DNA of 64,000 nt. It comes from Selaginella moellendorffii (lineage: Eukaryota; Plantae; Lycopodiophyta). The notes below the pieces were generated by a model. The model saw only the letters and a list, made by a program, of their open reading frames with translations, searched no databases and was not told the origin of the DNA. How positions within the stretch are numbered: position 1 is the first letter of the stretch; every line of letters begins with the position of its first letter. Positions 1 through 12,300 of the stretch are shown here, piece by piece. The position numbers and the translations under genes are program-made. The stretch spans positions 438,806 through 502,805 of the forward strand of contig NW_003314274.1 of NCBI RefSeq assembly GCF_000143415.4, in the 5' to 3' direction.

Positions 1-151
1 GAGTTACTTGAGTTTGGATTTATTCAGCCAAGTAAATCTCCGTTTGGTGCTCCGGTCTTGCTTGTGAAGAAGAAGGACGGTTCAATGCGGATGTGTATTG
101 ACTACCGTGCTTTAAACAAGAAGACAGTGAAGGACAAGATGCCGATGCCAC
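1..151 (+). pseudogene. RT fragment of host Ty3/gypsy element, interrupted by insertion (continues at 15327)
   Basis: Encodes ..[42 protein letters not shown]. Near-identical uninterrupted copy at ~16756-16906 continues ..gatgccacgtgtggatg, matching 15322 onward. Confidence 0.93.
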
Positions 152-834
152 TGTAAGCCACAAATTTTTCCTTTCCAATTTGCCAGCTTACCTCGTCTAT
201 CCGACCAACTCTGCCTTGGCTTGTGCTAAGTTCCTTCGCCAAGGTTCTCGCCTATGGTACTAGCTCCTATTTGGTCCTACTTGGTTTCAGCTACTCACTG
301 CACGAGCAACGGAGTGTTAGCCATCCATCTACGGATTCCCAAATCTCTCCCAATCCCCCTCCCCGGGTTAGACTGGACTTAAGGTTCGGCTACACTCCCC
401 GCAGGCACAAGCAGCCAAGCACACCAAGCCTCCAGGTTCCTAACACCCCTTGGTACCACAAGACTTGATCATGGGACCCTCTAAATCCCAAGTCTTGGGT
501 GCAGCACTTGCTTCGGGACGTCGGGGCGAAACACCGTGGCCTAACGGCCCGGCATGGGTACCTCTACCCCCCCTCTTCCATCCCGAAGGGAAGGCCCAAG
601 CCCCCGGAAGGGCGAGGACCAATGAGCCACAAGGTACTCAAGTGGGGCACCACTCCACCTGAGCCGGGAGCACCGCAGTCGGTTTCCCTTTCGGGAGTGG
701 GAGCTGCTCTTGAGCACTTCCTTGGATGGCCCCTCCGGCATGAGCCAAGTGTAAGGAACCGACTCCCCGAGATGTCGTAGGCTAAAGGATCCCCAAAAGC
801 TTGACCGAAATGACAAAGAGTTCATCGGATGGGA

Positions 835-1110
835 CCAAGTCGAGGATCGAGTCCAAGACCGACTCTAGGACCGAGTTCGAGATAGAGTCCGGAATCGAGT
901 CCGAGACCAACTCGGGAACCGAGTTCGAGTCCGAGTTCGAGACCGAGTTCGAGACGGAGTCCGAGATCCGAAATCGGGTCCGAGACCGAGTCCGAGGTCG
1001 AGTCCGAGGTCGGGTCCGAGATCAGGTCCGAGATCGAGTCCGAGATCGAGTCCGAGACCGAATCCGAAGTCGGATCCGAAATCGGGTCCGAGATTGAGCC
1101 AGAGACTAAG
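835..1110 (+). repeat. 6/12-bp tandem repeat (CGAGTCCGAGAT-like) within LTR; also ~7305-7580, ~8575-8850, ~14965-15240
   Basis: Visible periodic GAGTCC/GAGATC/GAGACC units, which generate spurious RVRD/SDSI ORFs. Confidence 0.9.
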
Positions 1111-1173
1111 TCCAAATACTAATACGGGTCAAGGGGTGAAAGCCCAAAGCGTGCTCTCCCGGGGGGGGGGGGG

Positions 1174-1273
1174 NNNNNNNNNNNNNNNNNNNNNNNNNNN
1201 NNNNNNNNNNNNNNNNNNNNNNNNNNNNNNNNNNNNNNNNNNNNNNNNNNNNNNNNNNNNNNNNNNNNNNNNN
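1174..1273. other. Assembly gap (100 N) after LTR poly-G tract
   Basis: N run. Compared with LTR 14162-15321 only ~15 real bases are missing. Confidence 0.95.
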
Positions 1274-4200
1274 AAAGTATAGTAGGGATAGTGAGGTCCA
1301 GGAACCAGTTTTGAAGGGACTCTCCAGTTGGGCTTCCAAACCAACTTGAGGTTGAGACTGGGACCAAGGACCTTGGGTGGGAGTGAGCATGGACTTGGCT
1401 GGTGCCGGAGGGGCCATCCAAGGAAGTGCTCAAGAGCAGCTCCCACTCCCGAAAGGGAAACCGACTGCGGTGCTCTCGGCTCAGGTGGAGTGGTGCCCCA
1501 CTTGAGTACCTTGTGGCTCATTGGTCCTTGCCCTTCCGGGGGCTTGGACCTTCCCTTCGGGATGGAAGAGGGGGGGTAGAGGTACCCATACCGGGCCGTT
1601 AGGCCACGGTGTTTCGCCCCGACGTCCCGAAGCAAGTGCTGCACCCAAGACTTGGGATTTAGAGGGTCCCATGATCAAGTCTTGTGGTACCAAGGGGTGT
1701 TAGGGATCTGGAGGCTTGGTGTGCTTGGCTGCTTGTGCCTGCGGGGAGTGTAGCCGAACCTTAAGTCCAGTCTAACCCGGGGAGGGGGATTGGGAGAGAT
1801 GTGGGAATCCGTAGATGGATGGCTAACACTCCGTTGCTCGTGCAGTGAGTAGCTGAAACCAAGTAGGACCAAGTAGGAGCTGGTACCATAGGCGAGAACC
1901 TTGGCGAGGGAACTTAGCACAAGCCAAGGCAGAGTTGGTCGGATAGACGAGGTAAGCTGGCAAATTGGAAAGGAAAAATTTGTGGCTTACAATTTGGTAT
2001 CGGAGCCTCTTCCTCAGTTCTAGCGAATGATAGAGGCAGATTGCTGGGAGATGGCAAGGGCAGGACGTAAGCGAACCCAGGCGGAGACGGAACCTCCTCC
2101 AGAGCTAGAGCATCCGGTCGAACAAGAGGCTATGGATGAGGAATCGTTGCATGAGGAGGACTCCAGTGAGGCAACTTCCAAACAGGAGTCCGGTGGTGAG
2201 GTTCGGTCGTCCAAGGCTCGATTGGACGTTCTAGAAGGACAATTGGCACAGACCAATGCCCTGCTAGAGACTCTCGTACGCAAGCTAAAGCGTGATGAGA
2301 AGCGAAAGAAAAAGCGAAAGACTGCGGATGCTGGCAGTGCAGAAGGTGCAGACCCTTCGGCAGGGACTGAGGCAAAACCAGACAAGGTCGAACAGACCGA
2401 AGTGGAATCAGTCCCCCAGGCAGTTCCCAAGTACAAACCGAAGCCCCCACCGGTCTTCAAGGGAGTGAACGACTATAAGGTGGTGGAGGATTGGTTTTAC
2501 GATATGGAGGACTACTTCCGAGCGTTGCGATTACCGAGCTCGGAGAAGGTCCCATGTGCAAAACCATACTTGGCAGATAACGCCAAATCTTGGTGGAGAA
2601 CAACGGAGGCCAACGAAGGACCGGTGGCCACTTGGGAAATGATGAAGGTGAGGATCCGCGCAACTTACGTTCCTCCGAATGCTACTCTGCACCTAAGGGA
2701 CGAGCTGAGTAGGCTGAAGCAGACCGGAACCATTCAGGAGTATGTGAATGGGTTTATGGCAAAGAGGATACTTGTCACGAACATGGGGGATATGGATGCG
2801 TTCCATGCCTTCATATCAGGTTTGCAAACCTGGGCTCGCAGCGAAGTAATGCGGTGGAACCCGACCAACTACAAGGAAGCGTTGGATGCGGCCATCAAGG
2901 TGCATTTCAACGATAACCTGCGAAAAGGGAACACGACGGGGTTGGGATCCACGTTTAGCAAAAAGGAGCCAAACCAAGGGGAACGTTTAGCAGAGGGAAA
3001 TTCAAGAGGAGTTTCTCTAAGAATGAGTCCTCAGGGTTCCGGAAAGGCAAATCCGGTGGCCAGCGAGCGAGTACGTGGGGGAGTCAAGCGAAAAGAGACA
3101 AACCCACGGATAAGAAGGTCAAGTCGTATAGCAGCGTGGGAAACAACGTATGCTACAACTGCGGTGAAGCGGGACACTTCTCGAGGGAATGTCCCTACCC
3201 GAAGAAGGCCAGAGCCAATATGGCCATCAAATCAGGTGAAGTCCAAACGGAGGTATGTGATCCAGTCCCTAACTCAAAGTTACTCATTACACGAGCAACT
3301 TTGGTAGAGAGTCGTTCGCGACATCTACTAGCCCTCCGAGGGAAGCTCGGAGGTAGCTTTGTTAAAATCCTTATTGACACGGGTGCTTCGGATAATTTTG
3401 TGGCTGCAGACATAGTCCGGCAAGCCGGACTAACGGTGCAGCGGCTAGGCGAACCAAGGACTATAGAGTTTGTTCAAGGTAGCCAAAGCACCGATGAGGT
3501 ACTTCGACAAGCGAGAGTCGAAGTGGGGACTTGGAAGGTGGACATGGATTTCACCGTGTTGGACATGGCGGGATTTGACGTGATCTTCGGAATGGACTGG
3601 TTCAATCGATTTGTGGTAGCCCTGCATGGACAAGGTAGAAACCTTGTGGTACTGGCGAATGCCCAAGGAAGAAGATCTAGGGTGGAAGCCCAAGATCTAA
3701 AGGTAGGGCAAAGCAAGGCCAAAGATTCTTGCTTAAATCTGGTGTCCACGAGAGGACAACTCACTAAAGGAACTAAGGTGGCCTTTTTGTGCTTACTCTC
3801 GGTGAAGAGTGACAAAAAGACAGGAATGGAAGAAGTACCTTTAGTGATCTAGCGGGTGTTGGACCAATTCCAGGATACCATGCCGGAGGAGCTACCGGCG
3901 GGGCTACCCCCAACACGACCGATAGAACATAAGATTGAGCTGGTCAAGGGTGCTGAGGCAGTGGTTCGTCCCCCTTATCGTTTGAACAAAAAAGAACTCA
4001 AGGAGCTCAAGTGCCAACTAGAGGAGTTGGTGGACAAAGGGTATGTTAGGTTGAGCAAGTCGCCGTATGGGGCGCCGGTGTTATTTGTGAAAAAGAAAGA
4101 TGGATCTATGCGCATGTGCATAGACTACCGGTTGCTCAACAAGTATACAAAGAAGAACACTTTGCCAAGAATTGAGGACCTGTTCGATAGGTTGGGAAAG

Positions 4201-5920
4201 GCAAAATACTTCTCGAGGATTGACCTAAGGTCAGGATACTACCAGATCAGGGTAGCCGAGGAAGATGTCGAGAAGACAACCTGTCGAACGAGGTATGGGA
4301 GCTTTGAGTTTCTGGTGATGCCCTTCGGGCTATGTAATGCGCCGGCAACGTTTTCGGCGCTAATGAACCACATCTTTGTACCCTATCTGGATCACTTTGT
4401 GGTCGTCTATATCGACGACATCCTGATCTATAGCGAGACGCTAAAGGAGCATGCCGAACACTTGGCGAAGGTGTTTGAGAAACTAAGGGAACATAAGCTA
4501 TATGCTAAAGAGAGCAAATGTGACTTTGCTCAACAAGAGGTAAAGTTTCTCGGGCATGTGGTGGGCCAGGACGGGCTCAAGGTGGACCCGGAGAAGGTCC
4601 AAGCGATCCAGGAATGGGAGCGACCATCCAATGTACACGAGTTGAGGGCATTCCTGGGGCTATGCAACTACTATCGAAAGTTTATCAGACACTATTTGAG
4701 AGTAGCCCTGCCCTTAACGGACCAAACAGGAAAAGGGAAGATGGTGTGGATAGCGGAATGCGAGGCGGCATTCGTCCACCTCAAGGGGAAGTTGAGGAAG
4801 GCTCCCGTATTGGCATTACCAGACTTTGGTAAGGACTTTGAGGTAGAAACGGATGCTTCGGACTTTGCGTTGGGCGCAGTTTTGAAGCAAGACAACCATC
4901 CAGTAGCGTTCTTCTCGAAGAAGCTGGACAAGGCTCAACGGAAGTGGCCTGCCCACGAGAAGGAATTGTTTGCGGTGGTCAAGGCGCTCAAGGAGTGGCG
5001 ACACTACCTTGGGAGACACTTCAAGGTTTACACGGACAATGTGGCAACGAAACACTTCTTGTCACAGCCCAACCTAAGAGGGAAACAAGGTCGGTGGGCC
5101 AATGCCTTGGCCGAGTTTGATTGCGAAATTTTGTACAAGCCTGGGAAGAGCAACATCATGGCGGATGCGCTAAGTCGAAAAGCGAGCTTGAGGTTGGCAA
5201 TATCCAGCGCAATAGCAACCTTCTGGGACGATGTACGGACAGCATATGAGAACAATGGTCTAGCACAGGAAGTGTTGCTGAGGAATCTAGAGGCGCGGGA
5301 AGCTCACCAGAGAGGTGAGCTGCCAACGGAAGAGAAAACGGGCAATGCGGAACGCAACGGACTCATTTATTACAAGCAAACGAGGGTGTATGTTCCAGAA
5401 GGGGAACTAAGGAAGGTGGCCTTAGAAGAGTGTCATGACGGACCTCTTGCGGGACACGGTGGAGTGCCCAAGACGATGGGCTTACTCAAAAGGAAGTACC
5501 ATTGGCCAGATATGGCTAAGGACGTCCAAGACTATGTAAAGACATGTCCAACATGTCAGTAGGTAAAAGCCGTGACTAAGGCTAGTGGGGGCTTGTTGCA
5601 AAGCATCCCAATTCCAGATCGCCCATGGAAATGTCTTACGATGGACTTCATCACGGGACTCCCCCCAAGCGAGGGGTTTGATGCGATATTCGTGGTGGTG
5701 GACCGATTTTCGAAAATGGCACACTTCATACCCACCACAACGGAGGTGGATGCGGAAGGTGTGGCAAAGCTGTTCTTCGAACAAGTGGTTCGAGTGCGGG
5801 GAAGACCGGAAGAGATCATCTCAGATCGAGATAAGATCTTCACCAGTAGGTTCTGGAGGACTCTCCTGGAATAGTATCGCACCAAGTTGAAATTCAGCAC
5901 AGCCTATCACCCACAGACAG

Positions 5921-5966
5921 GTATGGGGTATTGAGTCAAGTTGTTGGCACTAACACTTCTTGACAG
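5921..5966 (+). other. 46-bp GT-AG intron in integrase core (copy at 10191-10236 on minus strand)
   Basis: GTATGG..CACTAAC..TTCTTGACAG. Removal restores HPQT-D-GQTERVNR and joins two reading frames. Confidence 0.85.
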
Positions 5967-6384
5967 ACGGACAAACGGAAAGGGTGAATAGGCAGCTGGA
6001 GGATTATTTGCGATGCTATGTCTCGGGAGACCAGACCGATTGGGTAAGTCATTTGGGACTTGCAGAAATGTGTTATAACAACTCACCACATTCGAGTATC
6101 GGGGTGAGTCCATGGGAAGTCATCAATGGGCGAGCTATTGAAGGTCCTGTGGAACTCGGCGTGGCCGAGTATCATGGAGAGTTGCCCGCAGTGGAGGCAT
6201 TCACGGCGGAAAGACTCAGCATTTGGAATCTAGTGAGGGATTCCTTGGAACGGGCTCAACAAAGGCAAACCAAATACGTGAACCAAAAGCACCAGGATGT
6301 AGAGTTCCAAGCTGGGGAGAAGGTGTGGCTGAACACCAAGAACCTCAGACTACCAAGTGGGATCAGCCAAAAGTTGACCCAAAG

Positions 6385-6436
6385 GTAAAGATGCATGTAT
6401 TCCTGTAAATGAATTGATCTTGAGTTCCTTAAGCAG
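6385..6436 (+). other. 52-bp GT-AG intron in integrase GPY/F motif (copy at 9721-9772 on minus strand)
   Basis: AG|GTAAAG..TTCCTTAAGCAG|G. Removal restores KLTQ-R-FAGPY and joins the chromodomain frame. Confidence 0.85.
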
Positions 6437-9338
6437 GTTCGCGGGGCCTTACGAGATTGAGGCACGAATCGGTAAAGTGGCTTACCGACTCCGACTTCCT
6501 CGAGAGATGGGGAAGATGCACCCAGTGTTCCACGTGAACTTACTCAAGCCGTACTTTGAGGATCCGCTTCGCAAGGACCAAGTGAGACCTTTACCTGAGG
6601 TTATCCAAGGGGAAGAGGAATACGAAGTCGAGGCCATCCTCAATGCGCGCAAGAGCAAGCGACAAGGACGCGAGGTGAGAGAGTTCCATGTGAAGTGGAA
6701 ACGATTTCCACACTGCGAAGCAACATGGGAACCGGAGGAGAACCTAGCGAACGCGCGAGATCTAGTGGAGGGATTTCTGCAAGGGAGAACTCTATGTACT
6801 TATGCAAAATTCAATTAAAAATATCAATTTGCAAAGTTGAGCAAGTGGCATATGTTGGGACCCAAAGGCGCGCCAAAGGTAAGCTAATTAGCATGGGTTG
6901 GATAGATCGACCAGGCATAGGGCACTACGCCCGACTCCCCGTGGGGATGTCGAATCCGTAGACGTATTCTACGGAGGTTGGGTTCGAGTCCTAACCCCCT
7001 AGTAAAGCAAGGCTGGGTTCAAGTCCCGACCCCATACTAGAGCGTGGTGAGGTGAGGAGTATAGGGACACCTATATTCCGTTGTCATGGGCTCTTGGCCG
7101 GGGAGGCTAACTTAGGCACACCGCTAAGTGGGGGGATGCCCCCGGAGACATGGTCAACAAGTCGTAGGATAAAACGAGACGTTCGATGTGGGCATCGAAC
7201 TTCTTCTATGGGTGGTGGAGTTGTAAGGAACCGACTCCCCGAGATGTCATAGGCTAAAGGATCCCCAAAAGCTTGACTGAAATGACAAAGAGTTCATCGG
7301 ATGGGACCAAGTCAAGGATCGAGTCCAAGACCGACTCTAGGACCGAGGTCGAGATAGAGTCCGGAATCGAGTCCGAGACCGACTCGGGGACCGAGTTCGA
7401 GTCCGAGTTCAAGACCGAGTTCGAGACGGAGTCCGAGATCCGAAATGGGGTCCGAGACCGAGTCCGAGGTTGAGTCCGAGGTCGGGTCCGAGATCGGGTC
7501 CGAGATCGAGTCCGAGATCGAGTCCGAGACCGAATCCGAAGTCGGATCCGAAATCGGGTCCGAGATCAAGCCAGAGACTAAGTCCAAATACTAATACGGG
7601 TCAAGGCGTGAAAGCCCAAAGCGTGCGTCTCCCGGGGGGGGGGGGGGGGGGGGGGCCCCCCCCGGGTTTCCAAAAATAAAGTAGGGAAAGGGGGGTCCCG
7701 GAACCCTTTTTGAAGGGCCTCCCCAGTGGGGTTTCCAAACCCCTTTGAGGTTGAAACCGGGACCGAGGGGCCTTGGGGGGGAGGGAGCAGGGACTTGGAC
7801 TTTCAATTTGGCGGCTTACCCCCTTTTTCCAAACAAATTTGCCTTGGGTTGGGCAAAGTTCCCCCCCCAAGGTTCCCCCCAATGGAACCACCCCCTACTT
7901 GGTCCTACTTGGTTTCAGCTACTCACTGCACGAGCAACAGAGTGTTAGCCATCCATCTACGGATTCCCACATCTCTCCCAATCCCCCTCCCCGGGTTAGA
8001 CTAGACTTAAGGTTCGGCTACACTCCCCGTAGGCACAAGCAGCCAAGCACACCAAGCCTCCAGATCCCTAACACCCCTTGGTACCACAAGACTTGATCAT
8101 GGGACCCTCTAAATCCCAAGTCTTGGGTGTAGCACTTGCTTCGGGACGTCGGGGCGAAACACCGTGGCCTAACGGCCCGGTATGGGTACCTCTACCCCCC
8201 CTCTTCCATCCCGAAGGGAAGGTCTAAGCCCCAGGAAGGGTGAGGACCAATGAGCCACAAGGTACTCAAGTGGGGCACCACTCCACCTGAGCCGGGAGCA
8301 CCGCAGTCGGTTTCCCTTTCGGGAGTGGGAGCTGCTCTTGAGCACTTCCTTGGATGGCCCCTCCGGCACCAGCCAAGTCCATGCTCACTCCCACCCAAGG
8401 CCCCTTGGTCCCAGTCTCAACCTCAAGTCGGTTTGGAAGCCCAACTGGAGAGTCCCTTCAAAACTGGTTCCTGGACCTCACTATCCCTACTATACTTTTG
8501 GAACCCCCTGCAGCCCCCCCCCTGGGAGACGCACGCTTTGGGCTTTCACCCCTTGACCCGTATTAGTATTTGGACTTAGTCTCTGGCTCGATCTCGGACC
8601 CGATTTCGGATCCGACTTCGGATTCGGTCTCGGACTCGATCTCGGACTCGATCTCGGACCCGATCTCGGACCCGACCTCGGACTCAACCTCGGACTCGGT
8701 CTCGGACCTGATTTCGGATCTCGGACTCCGTCTCGAACTCGGTCTCGAACTCGGACTCGAACTCGGTTCCCGAGTCGGTCTCGGACTCGATTCCGGACTC
8801 TATCTCGAACTCGGTCCTAGAGTCGGTCTTGGACTCGATCCTCGACTTGGTCCCATCCGATGAACTCTTTGTCATTTCAGTCAAGCTTTTGGGGATCCTT
8901 TAGCCTACAACATCTCGGGGAGTCGGTTCCTTACAACTCCACCACCCATAGAAGAAGTTCGATGCCCACATCGAACGTCTCGTTTTATCCTACGACTTGT
9001 TGACCATGTCTCCGGGGGCATCCCCCCACTTAGCGGTATGCCTAAGTTAGCCTCCCCAGCCAAGATCCCATGACAACGAAATATAGGTGTCCCTATACTC
9101 CTCACCTCACCATGCCCTAGTATGGGGTCGGGACTTGAACCCAGCCTTGCTTTACTAGGGGGTTGGGACTCGAACCCAACCTCCGTAGAATACGTCTACG
9201 GATTCGACATCCCCACGGGGAGTCGGGCGTAGTGCCCTATGCCTGGTCGATCTATCCAACCCATGCTAATTAGCTTACCTTTGGCGCGCCTTCGGGTCCC
9301 AACATATGCCACTTGCTCAACTTTGCAAATTGATATTT

Positions 9339-12300
9339 TTAATTGAATTTTGCATAAGTACATAGAGTTCTGCCTTGCAGAAATTCCTCCACTAGATCTC
9401 GCGCGTTCACTAGGTTCTCCTTCGGTTCCCATGTTGCTTCGCAGTGTGGGAATCCTTTCCACTTCACATGGAACTCTCTCACCTTGCGTCCTTGTCGCTT
9501 GCTCTTGCGCGCATTGAGGATGGCCTCGACTTCGTATTCCTCTTCCCCTTGGATAACCTCAGGTAAAAGTCTCACTTGGTCCTTGCGAAGCGGATCCTCA
9601 AAGTACGGCTTGAGTAAGTTCACATGGAACACTGGGTGCATCTTCCCCATCTCTCGAGGAAGTTGGAGTCGGTAAGCCACTTTACCAATTCGTGCCTCAA
9701 TCTCGTAAGGCCCCGCGAACCTGCTTAAGGAACTCAAGATCAATTCATTTACAGGAATACATGCATCTTTACCTTTGGGTCAACTTTCGGCTGATCCCAC
9801 TTGGTAGTCTGAGGTTCTTGGTGTTCAGCCACACCTTCTCCCCAGCTTGGAACTCTACATCCCGACGCTTCTGGTTCGCGTATTTGGTTTGCCTTTGTTG
9901 AGCCCGTTCCAAGGAATCTCTCACTAGATTCCAAATGCTGAGTCTTTCCGCCGTGAATGCCTCCACTGCAGGCAACTCTCCATGATACTCGGCCACGCCG
10001 AGTTCCACAGGACCTTCAATAGCTCGCCCATTGATGACTTCCCATGGACTCACCCCGATACTCGAATGTGGTGAGTTGTTATAACACATTTCCGCAAGTC
10101 CCAAATGACTTACCCAATCGGTCTGGTCTCCCGAGACATAGCATCGTAAATAATCCTCCAGCTGCCTATTCACCCTTTCCGTTTGTCCGTCTGTCAAGAA
10201 GTGTTAGTGCCAACAACTTGACTTAATACCCCATACCTGTCTGTGGGTGATAGGCTGTGCTGAATTTCAACTTGGTGCGATACTATTCCAGGAGAGTCCT
10301 CCAGAACCTACTGGTGAAGATCTTATCTCGATCTGAGATGATCTCTTCCGGTCTTCCCCGCACTCGAACCACTTGTTCGAAGAACAGCTTTGCCACACCT
10401 TCCGCATCCACCTCCGTTGTGGTGGGTATGAAGTGTGCCATTTTCGAAAATCGGTCCACCACCACGAATATCGCATCAAACCCCTCGCTTGGGGGCAGTC
10501 CCGTGATGAAGTCCATCGTAAGACATTTCCACGGGCGATCTGGAATTGGGATGCTTTGCAACAAGCCCCCACTAGCCTTAGTCACGGCTTTTACCTACTG
10601 ACATGTTGGGCATGTCTTTACATAGTCTTGGACGTCCTTAGCCATATCTGGCCAATGGTACTTCCTTTTGAGTAAACCCATCGTCTTGGGCATTCCACCG
10701 TGTCCCGCAAGAGGTCCGTCATGACACTCTTCTAAGGCCACCTTCCTTAGTTCCCCTTCTGGAACATACACCCTCGTTTGCTTGTAATAAATGAGTCCGT
10801 TGCGTTCCGCATAGCCCGTTTTCTCTTCCGTTGGCAGCTCACCTCTTTGGTGAGCTTCCCGCGCCTCTAGATTCCTCAGCAACACTTCCTGTGCTAGACC
10901 ATCGTTCTCATATGCTGTCCGCACATCGTCCCAGATGGTTGCTATTGCGCTGGATATTGCCAACCTCAAGCTCGCTTTCCGACTTAGCGCATGCGCCACG
11001 ATGTTGCTCTTCCCAGGCTTGTACAAAATTTCGCAATCAAACTCGGCCAAGGCATTGGCCCACCGACCTTGTTTCCCTCTTAGGTCGGGCTGTGACAAGA
11101 AGTGTTTCGTTGCCACATTGTCCGTGTAAACCTTGAAGTGTCTCCCAAGGTAGTGTCGCCACTCCTTAAGCGCCTTGACCACTGCAAACAATTCCTTCTC
11201 GTGGGCAGGCCACTTCCGTTGAGCCTTGTCCAGCTTCTTCGAGAAGAACGCTACCGGATGGTTGTCTTGCTTCAAAACTGCGCCCAACGCAAAGTCCGAA
11301 GCATCCGTTTCTACCTCAAAGTCCTTACCAAAGTCTGGTAATGCCAATACGGGAGCCTTCCTCAACTTCCCTTTGAGGTGGACGAATGCCGCCTCGCATT
11401 CTGCTGTCCACACCATCTTCCCTTTTCCTATTTGGTCCGTTAAGGGCAGGGCTACTCTCAAATAGTGTCTGATAAACTTTCGATAGTAGTTGCATAGCCC
11501 CAGGAATGCCCTCAACTCGTGTACATTGGATGGTCGCTCCCATTCCTGGATCGCTTGGACCTTCTCCGGGTCCACCTTGAGCCCGTCCTGGCCCACCACA
11601 TGCCCGAGAAACTTTACCTCTTGTTGAGCAAAGTCACATTTGCTCTCTTTAGCATATAGCTTATGTTCCCTTAGTTTCTCAAACACCTTCGCCAAGTGTT
11701 CGGCATGCTCCTTTAGCGTCTCGCTATAGATCAGGATGTCGTCGATATAGACGACCACAAAGTGATCCAGATAGGGTACAAAGATGTGGTTCATTAGCGC
11801 CGAAAACGTTGCCGGCGCATTACATAGCCCGAAGGGCATCACCAGAAACTCAAAGCTCCCATACCTCGTTCGACAGGTTGTCTTCTCGACATCTTCCTCG
11901 GCTACCCTGATCTGGTAGTATCCTGACCTTAGGTCAATCCTCGAGAAGTATTTTGCCTTTCCCAACCTATCGAACAGGTCCTCAATTCTTGGCAAAGTGT
12001 TCTTCTTTGTATACTTGTTGAGCAACCGGTAGTCTATGCACATGCGCATAGATCCATCTTTCTTTTTCACAAATAACACCGGCGCCCCATACGGCGACTT
12101 GCTCAACCTAACATACCCTTTGTCCACCAACTCCTCTAGTTGGCACTTGAGCTCCTTGAGTTCTTTTTCGTTCAAACGATAAGGGGGACGAACCACTGCC
12201 TCAGCACCCTTGACCAGCTCAATCTTATGTTCTATCGGTCGTGTTGGGGGTAGCCCCGCCGGTAGCTCCTCCGGCATGGTATCCTAGAATTGGTCCAACA

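Larger units (their letters stand above)
2051..6818 (+). pseudogene. gag-pol (Gag, CCHC knuckle, aspartic protease, RT, RNase H, integrase, chromodomain); frameshift, 3 TAG stops, 2 introns
   Basis: Motifs [52 protein letters not shown] and chromodomain EYEVEAIL..VKWKRF..TWEPEENL. Frameshift near 2960; stops at 3850, 5560, 5872. Confidence 0.93.
750..7798 (+). mobile_element. Plus-strand copy of the same chromovirus inserted into the LTR
   Basis: LTR 750-1991 (TGTAAGG..GGCTTACA, contains N gap). PBS TGGTATCGGAGC at ~1995. Internal domain to 7221 with purine-rich GGGTGGTGGAG before the LTR at 7222. Target 5-mer CCAAG at 745-749. Confidence 0.9.

Noticed and set aside
801-1115. RVRD/SDSI-repeat ORFs in LTRs (and copies); possible CRISPR-like array
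   Set aside because: These are translations of a 6/12-bp tandem repeat. There are no unique spacers and the context is eukaryotic.
3850-3852. U-to-C RNA editing or alternative genetic code to explain the TAG stops
   Set aside because: Nuclear context, host genes here use TAG as a stop, and copy-specific CAG>TAG changes show ordinary methylation decay.
5563-5585. Possible third intron GTAAAAG..GCTAG next to the TAG stop
   Set aside because: Only 23 bp, does not remove the stop, and would delete in-frame integrase sequence.
7635-7895. Apparently hyper-diverged LTR segment
   Set aside because: Substitutions extend homopolymers right after a poly-G tract, typical of low-quality read ends. Treated as sequencing error, not biology.
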